Source: Amoebidium appalachense (Eukaryota > Protista > Ichthyosporea). From it: a stretch of 64,000 nt of DNA. Where the stretch lies: the NCBI GenBank assembly GCA_963693365.1, contig CAVNZM010000010.1:2542001-2606000 (forward strand). Direction: 5' to 3'. The first letter of the stretch is position 1. Each line of letters opens with the position of its first letter. This document shows, piece after piece, positions 1 to 30,797 of this stretch. The translations under genes were made by a program, and so were the position numbers. The notes below the pieces were generated by a model. That model had not been told where the DNA came from. It searched no databases and saw only the letters and a list, made by a program, of their open reading frames with translations.

Positions 1-731
1 GAGAGAGAGAGAGGGGCCGGCAAACGAGTTTGAGTTAGTCTGTGAATTAGCACGTACTGACAGCCCAATACTGCGCCGACATACATACACATGTCAGTGA
101 TACAGCTAGCTCATATCTTCACCCGGAAGCCAACGTGTAAATCGATTAACAACTGAAGCACACAAGACTCATTGGGGTGTCGTATTGTTGCCCCTCGACC
201 CCGACTTGACATTTGCGCACGGAACGGTCCTAATGTTGCTAATATCGCACGGCGTGAAATCTTTTGCTTGTATGCATAACACAAAGCCACCAGACCAGCA
301 ATGCAGCAATGCACCCAAAAATAAACATAGTTTTCAGTGCCACAACAGAAAAGACATGTATATACCTCTAGGGGTGCTTCGCTGGCGGCACGGCCTCTCG
401 GGGTAGCAATGAATGTGGTGAATGCTGCAATCCCCACCCACATGCAGTCAGTGTGTGTTGGGTGCATCCAAGCATCACATGTGTGCCTGAGCGTAAGAAA
501 ATCGCTAGTGGTGTAATCCACGTGCTCTTATTAGGTGCCCATCTGTCATCTGTTTTCCTTGCCAGTCATATATGTTTGCATGCATTCGGCCTAAACCAAG
601 CACCCTTGTATCACACAGAACAGCCCACGTGTAAAGAATTGGGGTTGGTGGGTGGATGGGAACAGAGGAGCGGGGAGGGGATCCCGGGGGGGGGGGGGGG
701 GGGGGAGGGAGAGGGGGAGGGAGAGGAGAGA

Positions 732-792
<61 letters not shown>

Positions 793-942
793 GGAGAGCG
801 GGGGGAGAGAGAGACGGAGGGAAGGGGGAGATAGGTAGCGATACATGGTGCTAGAGAGAGCACGGTCTATTCTGTCTTTCGTCTTTTTTTTTTTATTGGG
901 AGGGAGGGATGAGGGGGGGAGGGGAGGAGGGGGGTATCTTAC

Positions 943-20484
<19,542 letters not shown>

Positions 20485-22672
20485 GCCTGTTCCTTGGCCC
20501 GGAACCCGGGACCCGGTTTCTGGTGGCACAGCACGGTTAGGTTATGTGTTTTTAGTGGCAGATAGCTTACAAGAGATCCAAAGTACACTCAATCGAAAGG
20601 CAGAGTTCGACGTACACACACTAAAAAAGTGATACAAACAACGGAGATACCTAAGTGCACGTTCCTTTGACGAGCTATACAGGTTCAATGAAATTCTAGC
20701 ACGCACAAATTATTACTTAGATCAAGCGTTACAATTTGTGTATACAAAGTAGGCTCTTATTAACGACAACTCTTCAGTATAAATGTAGAATGCAATGTTT
20801 ACTAATTCCAAGTACTGTTGTGCCCACAATAATATTCTTAAAAAAACTGCAGAGAGCTGGATATTACGGAACGAGGGGTCAATACCTTTCTGTTTGACGT
20901 CTTTATCTCATAATGTGAAGAAAAATAAGAATCAGAGACGGCCTCAGAAAGCCTGATGAAAAACTTTGAAGTTATTGTCGGTACCGGTCAAACGACTTTC
21001 AAATGCCAAGAAACTGCTCTGTCGTTTTGGTGGATCTATATACACGTTACACGTGATGTGTTGACCATTCCCAGTTCTGACGAGAGAATTTCTCCTCTTA
21101 GCCAAATCAGCTACTAAATCTGTTCGAAAAAAGTGAACGATATTCGCGCAACTGCATCTGTTTGGCAAAAAAAAAATTTCTGGATCTGGAGCGGTCAACC
21201 TAAAACCCGCTTCTTTCTCACTCAACCGCCTACTAATTTCTAACTCGCAACAGTCTATATTGTGGCTATCAATCATTTAGCTCGTTTCCCGATACAAGAA
21301 GAACGACTATAATATTTTGAACTCTAGTAGTCGAAAAACATCTCATGTTCTTATTGTCCAGAACAAACCAAAACACGTTTCGTGACACCATCGGGCAGCT
21401 GCAGGCTGAGCACAGACATGATGCGTCGGTCAGAGTCGGTGCAAGGAATGAATGGCCCATGTAAGGCTTATCAGGTGCGATCATAGCCAATCCACTGCAT
21501 TTATTTTTGCGCGCCAAAGTGCCGACCAATCCGGGCGAACGGGCGATACGTTTTCTGTGAGAACTGCTCTGTGTGACATCGCTCACAAAGGTTCGTGTGT
21601 CTGTCTCAGACGGATCAGCCTAACTGCGCATGCAGTTCGCAAAGTTCAGTTGGCGTGCATCTATTTAGAGCTCCTTATTTTTGGGCCCGCTCTAAATACT
21701 CGAGCCAGCCCTAAAAATATCACGGACCCGGTTTTGCAAATGGGCAGAAAAATATGATAAACATTTGTTTGTTGCACCCACCACTGCACTCACCGTGTGT
21801 TGTTAGTTCGCACAATGCACTGAGATGTTGATCTTCAGGACATGAAGAGGCATACAGAATAGCCGCAAAGACTTTTGGCATCCAGATTTATTTCACGGCA
21901 TTCATGCTGCCAAACAAAAACATTGCATTTGTTCTGGGTGTGTGATCACCCGCCATCGACTGACCGGTTTTACAACCGCCAGCCTGAGGGTACCGGGCGC
22001 TGGGACCGTGATGTATTGTGCATACGCTAGATACAACAATAACGAAACCGAAAAGAAGCACCATACAATAAATAAGGAAACCGTCTGTGGGCTTGTTCGC
22101 CTACAGAGGTCAAATGCACAAGGAACAACGATGGCATACCTCTATCTCACTTCTGCACTTGTCAGCAGAAACCCAAGTCGAAATGCTTTGTCTGCCTCAA
22201 CTGTAGTCCTAACACTATACTAAGTACATCGAACGTTATGAAAATAACTAAGAAAAATTTGTATGCATGTAACTTGCAAGTCACACATACCTTGTGCTAT
22301 TTGTGCATATATGTACATACATAGACATCCCTATGTGGATGGGAATCGACATTTCGACTTTTATATAAACGGTCGAAAATGGTACTGAGAAGTATTTTCT
22401 GCCCATGGGCCCAGAAGACCTAAGAGTGTGGGGTGTTTACGCTGCATACCTACACTGTTACCTTGGCTGCTGCAACTGGCGAAATGCCATGCCGGCTAGC
22501 AAAATGCCTAGTCTGTGTTGGTGTTGATGGTGCCCTCCTCCATGATGTTTGCCATTTCCAGCAGACTCTGCTCCAGAGCTGCAACAATGAAAGTTAGCTC
22601 ACATACATACCATCAGGTTCCGGGGATGGGAGACATGAAGGGGTAAGAGGGTCAGAGGGAAGTGTGTGTACC

Positions 22673-22753
<81 letters not shown>

Positions 22754-23408
22754 GAATAGGACTTGACGAGCGAGCAAGAAAGGAAAGGAGGAGGAGAATG
22801 CAGAGGGGGCAGAGGAAGCGAGGATCGTTTGAGAGCCCTAGGGAAGAGTGTGCGTTATGGGGGAGGGGGAGGGGAGGGGAGGGAAAGGGGGGCTGGGGGG
22901 GGGGGGGGGGTTGAACGGGGAGAGAGATAGGTGGGGGCAGGAAGAGAGAGCCAGGAAAGGAGGGCCGCAGTAGAATGCCGAGGAGCCGGGGGGGGAAGTG
23001 GGCGGCGGGGAGGGGGGGGGGGGGGGGGGGGGGACTCTGGGATGAATTTGGACACTAATCTACCAATTGAGAGAAATTAAAACACCGACCTTGGATGAAG
23101 GCCTGGGAGTCAGTCACGTATGCGGGGCTGATGTTGTTGAGTGCGTTGAAGCGCAGGGACGTGCGGTCGATCACATAGCCCACCCCGTAGCCGTCATCCA
23201 CGAGGGGGGCAAACCCGTACAGAATGCAGGCCGAGTCACGGCAGTTGGATGTAAACAGGCGGAAGTGCGTGCTCTCAGTGAAGGCGTAGTCCGTAAAGAG
23301 CTCGGGGAGCTTGATGCCGGATTCTGCGTCAGGAAAAAAAAAAAACAAAGTGTGTGTAAGGGGGACGTGTGTGTGTGTGTGTGTGTGTATGTGTGTGTGT
23401 GAAGGGGG

Positions 23409-23470
<62 letters not shown>

Positions 23471-24148
23471 AAAAGGATGAGGATGGAGGGGGGGGGAGGG
23501 AGGGGGGGCAAGGGGGGAGGGGGGGGGAGGGGGGGGGGGGGGGGGGATATAAGGGGGGGTGAGCGAGCAATTTTAGGTCCAGTCAGCATGTATAGGGCAA
23601 TGAGTCGGACAGTCTGAACCACCAGAACCATCAAGCTAAACTTGTTTGGGTCTACAATGCACAGCGAGAACTTTGGAAGGTGGAGGCAATCAGTCCCTTC
23701 GTGCATGTATATTTGTCGGGGCTGAACTGTATGCGTTCTTATGTTTAGCAAATGACATTGGGCGATGGGGTGGGTGGAGGAGAAGGTGTGCAGAAAGGTC
23801 TAGAGTGACGGGATGGGGGTGGGTGAGGGATTTTTTCCCCTTTTTTCTTTTCTTTTCTTTTTTTCTTTCTTTTTTTTTTTTTTTTTTTTTTTGGGGGGGG
23901 GGGGGGGGAGGGGGGAGGGGGGGTTTGGAATGAGGAACAACTGGAGGGAGGAGGAGTAGGGAAATGGAAGGAGGAGGGGGGGGGGGGGGGGGGTCCATAC
24001 CTTCGGCAATAGTTTTCAGGCCCAGCAGGTGCCTATCGACCCCTCGTGCCTGTTTGGCCTCCAGTAGCAGCCGCTTGTGGGTGTCAATGGCCTTACGTAA
24101 GAGCGCTAGCTGCACACCGGGCTATGGGTGGCACGTAATCAGAAGTTG

Positions 24149-24184
<36 letters not shown>

Positions 24185-24462
24185 AAACGCAAGTTGCCTG
24201 TTCATCAGACTAATGAACAGCTGGTCTGATCTACAGGAGGGCAGCAGGCATCGGTGATCGGACAATAAACATAAACCATATAAATCTGAGAAGGCTACGA
24301 CATGGGCCTCGAGGCATCCGATGCCCACGCAAGTGCCTTAGGCACCTGTCCATGCCTGGCACTCTAGGAACTATAATGTACGAAGGAGGTGTGTTGACAA
24401 CCGACGGCCATCAAGGTCCCCGATCAACCTCCTTCGCACACACCCACACATCGTGCAAGCGC

Positions 24463-24527
<65 letters not shown>

Positions 24528-24916
24528 CCCCCTTCCGAAAAAATTAAAAATAGAATAAAAAAACAACACAAAATAAAAAAACTACACCCACCCACCCACC
24601 CACACACCCACACCCACACCCACACCCACACCCACACCCACACACACACACACGCAGGGGACACCACATACCCTCGGCTTTTCCGAGCCCCCGACCGATT
24701 TCACAAAGGCCATAACGTCACGTGTGAGGGACCTCAGAGCCTCTGTGCGTGCATGGAGGAAGGTCTTTGTGGATATGCGCTCGTACACGGCTGTGGGTCG
24801 TTTGTGCAGTCGGTGGTAGGCAAGCTGCACCGCTACCTGCACAAACGCATCCGAGTTGAACCCTGGAGAAGGGGGGAGGGGGCCGGGGGGAAGGGTGGGG
24901 GGAGGGGGGGGGGGGG

Positions 24917-25225
24917 TTTTGAATGCGTCAAAAAGTACGAAGTACACAAGAACAAACGGATAACACGATGCAGAATGCAAGCCATACATAAAGAGTATGC
25001 ATAATAAGCAGAGCCCATCCTCAGGGGGGGCCCACGTCATCCACAGTACCCGAGTTTCGACCTATTCCCCTCGTTAACGAAACCCAACTCAGATACTGTT
25101 TCACTTGAACATGAGTAGGTCACCCGTCTTGATCAGAGACGAGCAGGGTTGCTTATGCAGGCAAGGGCAGTGGGAAAGGCCGGGGGTTAAAGTTGCAGCA
25201 GTAAGCAGAAGCAAGAAAAATATAG
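24917..25225 (-). repeat. 3' terminal direct repeat (pseudo-LTR) of the Penelope-like element
   Basis: 309 bp, no differences seen by eye from 30489-30797 (offset 5572). Confidence 0.93.
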
Positions 25226-25718
25226 ATAGGAACTCAGGAGACGGGGCTTCTAGGAAGCTCCCCCGTCGATACCTAAGTCGATACTTCCCTGGCTAACATA
25301 CTACACCAGCTGAAAAGAATTAAGTCCCGAAGGCCACAGAATTCGTAATCAGAGGGGAAAATATGAGATTTGACCCACGCCGCAGGGTAGTAACACGCTT
25401 ACTAGGGCGGAACTTTATCGTCTTCGAACGGAAAGCTATGCCCCCGGATGTCAGCCGGAAATATGGTATCACCCATTGCTTTGGGCTTGAAAAAAGCCAA
25501 ACTGATAGTCCGAGTTATGTTACGCCGGCGGGTAACATGCCGCATGGGTTCCAAGGGAGCTGTCGCCAACAGAGCGGTGTGTGCATGCGTGCGCGTAACG
25601 CAATGTGTGAAGTGTGTCTATAGCTATGAAAGGGGGTATGCAGAAGTGGACAGATGAAGTGTGTGGAGAGAAAAACAGTAAGAAGAAAAGTAGACACCGG
25701 TATGTGCAACCCCGCACA

Positions 25719-25753
<35 letters not shown>

Positions 25754-25814
25754 AATAAGCGAAGATTACAGGTAATCAACCAGAACAACAAATGACAAGC
25801 AAAACAACAGGCGC

Positions 25815-25855
<41 letters not shown>

Positions 25856-25860
25856 AGGAA

Positions 25861-25968
<108 letters not shown>

Positions 25969-26467
25969 GGAGAGAGAGAGAGAGAGAGGGAGGTGGGGGG
26001 GGGGGGGGGGAGGGGAGGGGGAGGGGGGAGGGGGGTCTTAGGGATGCTGCAGAATCGTCAGATATTAGACAAATCGTACCAATACGATCATTCTCTCATA
26101 TATGTGAGAAGATTGTGACTAACGATGTGCAGATCTGGTTAAGACCTGTTGGGTGTGCAGAGAAAATGGGAGGGGAAGGAGGAGGGAAAGGGGGAGGGGG
26201 GGGGGGGGAAGTAAGAGAGGGGAGGGAATGTTAGAGTGTCAGTAGTCTCAGGGGACCCTGCAGAGTCGTTAGATGTCAGACAAAAACGCACCAACGACCA
26301 AGTTCTCCGAGGGGAGAAATGCGTAAAACGTTCTGCAGAGTGGGTTAGAGACCTGCTGATGAGAAGAGTGTATACAGGGTTTGGCCAGGGGGGGGGGGGG
26401 GGGGAAGGGGGGGGAAAAAGAAGGTAGGAGGGGAAGGGGGGGGGGGGGGGGGGGAGGAGAAGGGGAG

Positions 26468-26506
<39 letters not shown>

Positions 26507-26539
26507 GGGGGAAGGGAGGGGAGGGAGGGAGGGAGGGGG

Positions 26540-26595
<56 letters not shown>

Positions 26596-27008
26596 CTGTG
26601 GTGGACAGATCAGAGACGAGACCTCCATTTCAAAACTTACCAGGCAACCCAAAAAACCTAGCCGGCTGAGAAAGAAGAACGGCGGGGGAATTGTTTGGGA
26701 AAAGGAGCGGGGGGAGAGAGAGAGGGGGGGGGGGGGGGGGGGGGGGGGGGAGGGGAAGGGGGGGAGAGGGGGAGAGAGGGGGAGAGGGAGAGAGAGAGAG
26801 AGGGAGGGAGAGAACGAGAGAGAACGAAAGAGAGCGAGAGAGGGAGACAGAGAGAGAGAGAGGGAGGGAGAGAGAGGGAGAGGGAGAGAGCGAGGGAGAG
26901 AGAGAGAGGGAGGGGGGGGGGGGGGGGGGGGGGGGGAGGGGGTGTAGGGGGCTGGTAGGGGGGGGGGGGGGGGGGGGGGGGGGGGGAACCGGGGGATAGA
27001 GTGGGGGA

Positions 27009-30000
27009 CTAGGGAGTGTTGATCTTTTTAGTGATGATGGAGAGTATGTGAGAGGAGTGAACGCCACGGTATATGTGCGGGTGTGTGGCGAGAAAGCTGT
27101 GCATTTTGTGGTGCAAGAGTCTAAACGAGTAGCCTTTGTTAAGCAATGTTTTAGCAAGTCGTGCAGTGCATGTGGTGAATGCAGCAAGTGTGGAGCATTT
27201 GCGCTGGTAGCTATGCATTTGACTTGTCATGATGCCGTATTTTGCAGTGCGGGAGATGAATGAGTCGTGATGTGGGAAACGAACGATGTCTAGTGTATTG
27301 AACGTGGGTGTGTCGAGCTTGTTGTAGATGGTTGTGTGAATGCCGTGATTAGTGCAGGTGATATGCAAGTCGAGGTAGGGGACAGAGGGGGAGGAACCGG
27401 CAGGGTTGAGTTGAAGGCTGGTCTTGGGATATAGACCGAAATCACAATCTTCTAAATAGAGGTGGGAGAGAATGCGAGGATTATGAAGGGAGATCAAATC
27501 ATCTATGTAGCGGCGAGTAAACTGAAAATCTACCAAGACATCAATGCGTTCGTGTGCAATAAGCTTGCGAACAAAATCCAACTCATAAGTAAAGAGATAG
27601 AAATTAGCCAAGAAAACAGCACAGTTTGTACCCATGGGGATACCAATGTCCTGTTTGTAGAGGGTATCGCCAAACACAACATATATGTTATCTACGAGGA
27701 AACATAGAAAATCCACAAGCTGTGCCTTAGAGAGATGTAGAGAGTGTTCTTTAGGCTCAAAGGAATCATCCTGGGAATCATCATCTACACGATCCACCCA
27801 GGACAACGTGGAGCCGGTTTTCTTAATAAACATGTGTGGTTTGCGAGCGTCCGTGCATTTTTTGACAAATATTGCGTCAATCAGTGTAGTGAGGCGAGCT
27901 TTCAAATCATGCAAGTCAATCTTGGTGTAGAGTGTGGAAAAATCAAACACAGACACGGGCGTATTTTCGTGTTGGCGTGTGGTACGGTTAAGGGCGTTGA
28001 TTGTGTGTGTGAGTGCGGTGCTATCCGTGAGAATCCAAGAGCTAGTGTTGTGTGGCAGGTGGGGTTTGACAACATCACACCACATACGTTCGACATCAGG
28101 GGAGACGAACTTAAACACACTAGTGAGAAGGCGGGAGAGAGGTTCAAGTGATGTGGCAGAGGAGTTGGCAATGAAACGGAAGGTGGGTGGTGTTTTGTGC
28201 ATTTTAACTATGGCCTGAAATGTGGGCAAGCGTGCAGTGCGACGTCCTGGTGTGCCTTTTATGTCATGTGTTTTGAGAAATGCAAGGTGTTGTGCAACAA
28301 TGTCTTTTGGTGCAGTGTTGCAGACGGTGTATGTTGCGGCAGGTGCATGCAGTTCGGCTGTAATGCTGCTAACGTAGTGTTTTTTGCAGACGATCACGAA
28401 CGTGTTGCTAGCTTTATCCATTGTGGTGACTACGAAACGTTTTTGGAAGCGACGCAGTAGAAGCACAGAAGCTTGTGGTACGGTGTGTGTGTTGGGTGCG
28501 TGTTGTGCATATGGCAGGAAGGGGCGACACTTAGTAAAGACGGCGGCTGCCCACGGATTCAAAGAGGGATAAGCTGCCATACCAAGATCGTACATCTTGT
28601 TACAGAAACTTTGCAACGCCTGTGTCAATAAATTGCTACAGGTGGTGTCCTCCGTCTGCTCGACCTGCATTCGGAACTTGGTTCCAAAATGCATGAGCGA
28701 TGCAAAGTCTGCGGGCAGGCCGGGAATGTCTAAGCGCGATGTAAGCACGTGTCCGTGTTGTGGGTGTACGTATGGCGCATAGTGCGGGTCGTTGCAAGGG
28801 CAGGGTTGTGCATGGATGTTTGCTATGGTGTCCTGCGGGAGTCGTGCGGTGTGTTTGCAGTTGATAGTGGTGTAGCCCAGGGTAGACACATATTTCCACA
28901 CAGCAGAGATACGGAATTTACGCATTTCAAGCGGCAGGAGAGCATGTATTTCTTTGTCTTTGATGATGCGTTGCAAAGGGATTCTATCGAGCCCGGAGTT
29001 ATGAAACACAGACACCAACATCACATGGGGTTGCGACATGTCAACACGTTCAAGTTCAAAACGACTACGTAATTCACGTTTGAGGCACGCAGCAATCTGT
29101 GAAAGGCGAGGTTGAGCAATGCCGGTGGGGAAAGCAAGGAGGTGCTCCTTCATCCTAACGATGTTGGAGGTGTTAAAGCGGTGTAGATATGCAGAGGAAA
29201 AGATACCACGAGACATAAGACTATCGATGTGCAGTAGGCGGCGTGTGAAGCAGCGCGAAAGAAACATGCGTGAGGGGTGTATAGGAGGCAGGTTGAGTGC
29301 AGGTGCAGGTGCAGGTGCAGGAGAGGGTGGAGGGGGTGTAGGAGGGGGTGTGTTGTGGAGAGCAAGCCGTGCACGCATATACAGCATGGGGTTGTGCACA
29401 CGTGTAAAACGATTGCGCGATTGGCGGTGGCTTCGGTATTGCGAATTATAGCCGGTAGTAGGTACGTGTGCTTGCAGTATGTGAGTCCAGAAACGTTCCC
29501 TAGCGAGACGCTGCGTTTTATCAGTGTCAGCGTTTGTGCGTGGAAGCTGTTCGATTGGAAACATAATGAAGCTCTCGTGCCCGTATTTAGCCATATCCCA
29601 GTAGAGTGGACGGTTGTGCTCTTTGTGCTTGAAAAGAGCCCATTTTCTACTGTTTTGCGAATGCCGCTGGAATCTTTCAAAAGCGGATTTGCTAGTTTCA
29701 CCAACGTAGCACCTGCCAATCGTTTTGTGAAACACAACATAGATGACGTTGGTGTCGTGAATAGGATGTAGTGCATGCTTGGTGAGGGAGTGTTTGAGTT
29801 GCAGACGCCAGAGACGTTTAAGCATGGGGTGAGTGCGATTCAGGACGGTGTTTGTGTAGGGACCTGCAAGTTGTTGCCATGAGATGGTGCGAGGGGCGTT
29901 GGTGTAAGCATGTGAGGTGTTGTGTGCATTGTAGAAAGCAGACACGTGTTTGCGGCTAAGTTGGCGAGAGTGGCGTTGTGTGGAAAACGTTTCCCTTGGT

Positions 30001-30173
30001 GGAGCCACACCTCCACCGAAGGGGCCAGATCCGAGAACGGTTGGAGCCAATCGAGCGCATTTGCCAACACCATATCGAGCGCTCTCTCCCCCCCAAAGGG
30101 GAAAGCGATATAGAGGGGTGCTTGTTAATCCGGGCGACCACCCAGCCGGCATGAATAATAGATTGGACGTCAT
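27009..30173 (-). CDS. GIY-YIG endonuclease - Penelope-type reverse transcriptase polyprotein (~1050 aa; ORF open to 30212)
   Basis: GIY-YIG (~29445-29750): NVIYVVFH..GRCYVGETSKSAFERFQRH...RERFW...GYN. Linker CPC...HGHV. RT motifs GTKFR, DKA, KMHK..FRFI, FDFSTLYT, GIPMGTNCAVFLANFYL, RYIDD, YLDL, IYNK. No introns and no internal stops. Confidence 0.95.
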   Translation of the reverse strand: MTSNLLFMPAGWSPGLTSTPLYRFPLWGGESARYGVGKCARLAPTVLGSGPFGGGVAPPRETFSTQRHSRQLSRKHVSAFYNAHNTSHAYTNAPRTISWQQLAGPYTNTVLNRTHPMLKRLWRLQLKHSLTKHALHPIHDTNVIYVVFHKTIGRCYVGETSKSAFERFQRHSQNSRKWALFKHKEHNRPLYWDMAKYGHESFIMFPIEQLPRTNADTDKTQRLARERFWTHILQAHVPTTGYNSQYRSHRQSRNRFTRVHNPMLYMRARLALHNTPPPTPPPPSPAPAPAPALNLPPIHPSRMFLSRCFTRRLLHIDSLMSRGIFSSAYLHRFNTSNIVRMKEHLLAFPTGIAQPRLSQIAACLKRELRSRFELERVDMSQPHVMLVSVFHNSGLDRIPLQRIIKDKEIHALLPLEMRKFRISAVWKYVSTLGYTTINCKHTARLPQDTIANIHAQPCPCNDPHYAPYVHPQHGHVLTSRLDIPGLPADFASLMHFGTKFRMQVEQTEDTTCSNLLTQALQSFCNKMYDLGMAAYPSLNPWAAAVFTKCRPFLPYAQHAPNTHTVPQASVLLLRRFQKRFVVTTMDKASNTFVIVCKKHYVSSITAELHAPAATYTVCNTAPKDIVAQHLAFLKTHDIKGTPGRRTARLPTFQAIVKMHKTPPTFRFIANSSATSLEPLSRLLTSVFKFVSPDVERMWCDVVKPHLPHNTSSWILTDSTALTHTINALNRTTRQHENTPVSVFDFSTLYTKIDLHDLKARLTTLIDAIFVKKCTDARKPHMFIKKTGSTLSWVDRVDDDSQDDSFEPKEHSLHLSKAQLVDFLCFLVDNIYVVFGDTLYKQDIGIPMGTNCAVFLANFYLFTYELDFVRKLIAHERIDVLVDFQFTRRYIDDLISLHNPRILSHLYLEDCDFGLYPKTSLQLNPAGSSPSVPYLDLHITCTNHGIHTTIYNKLDTPTFNTLDIVRFPHHDSFISRTAKYGIMTSQMHSYQRKCSTLAAFTTCTARLAKTLLNKGYSFRLLHHKMHSFLATHPHIYRGVHSSHILSIITKKINTP

Positions 30174-30482
30174 TGCATGAGAACACGCAAACCGGCTGTT
30201 GGATAAGAACAAGGATTAGTCTGTTTTCAGATTCCCACCCACCCGGACGGCACGATGTACAAAAAAAAAAAAAAAAAAAAAAACTAACAAGGCAGACAAG
30301 AACGGGTGCAAACGTGAATACGGCCGGTACAAAAATGAACACGGTGTGTGCAGGTGTGGGGAAGGCATTGCAGCATGCTTTTCGCGTGGTTACGACATAG
30401 AGCACCCATGCCCGGTTGCATGGGAGTGAATCTATCTCCACACAGTGGTCTGTCCTAAAAGGACACCTCTGAGAGAAGATAT

Positions 30483-30797
30483 GGGGGGTTTTGAATGCGT
30501 CAAAAAGTACGAAGTACACAAGAACAAACGGATAACACGATGCAGAATGCAAGCCATACATAAAGAGTATGCATAATAAGCAGAGCCCATCCTCAGGGGG
30601 GGCCCACGTCATCCACAGTACCCGAGTTTCGACCTATTCCCCTCGTTAACGAAACCCAACTCAGATACTGTTTCACTTGAACATGAGTAGGTCACCCGTC
30701 TTGATCAGAGACGAGCAGGGTTGCTTATGCAGGCAAGGGCAGTGGGAAAGGCCGGGGGTTAAAGTTGCAGCAGTAAGCAGAAGCAAGAAAAATATAG
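30483..30797 (-). repeat. 5' terminal direct repeat (pseudo-LTR), including an element-encoded C6 at its sense 3' end
   Basis: Matches 24911-25225. The sense strand ends ...CGCATTCAAAACCCCCC before unique 5' UTR sequence. Confidence 0.92.

Noticed and set aside
20600-22300. Short ORFs (20944-21276, 21269-21586, 21452-21757, 21942-22223)
   Set aside because: No recognisable motifs or consistent exon chain; probably UTR or intergenic.
25005-25065. Canonical hammerhead or HDV ribozyme call
   Set aside because: The boxes are in reversed order and I could not form stems I-III with a conserved NUH site in both copies. HDV P1/P1.1 could not be formed either. Kept only as an unknown motif.
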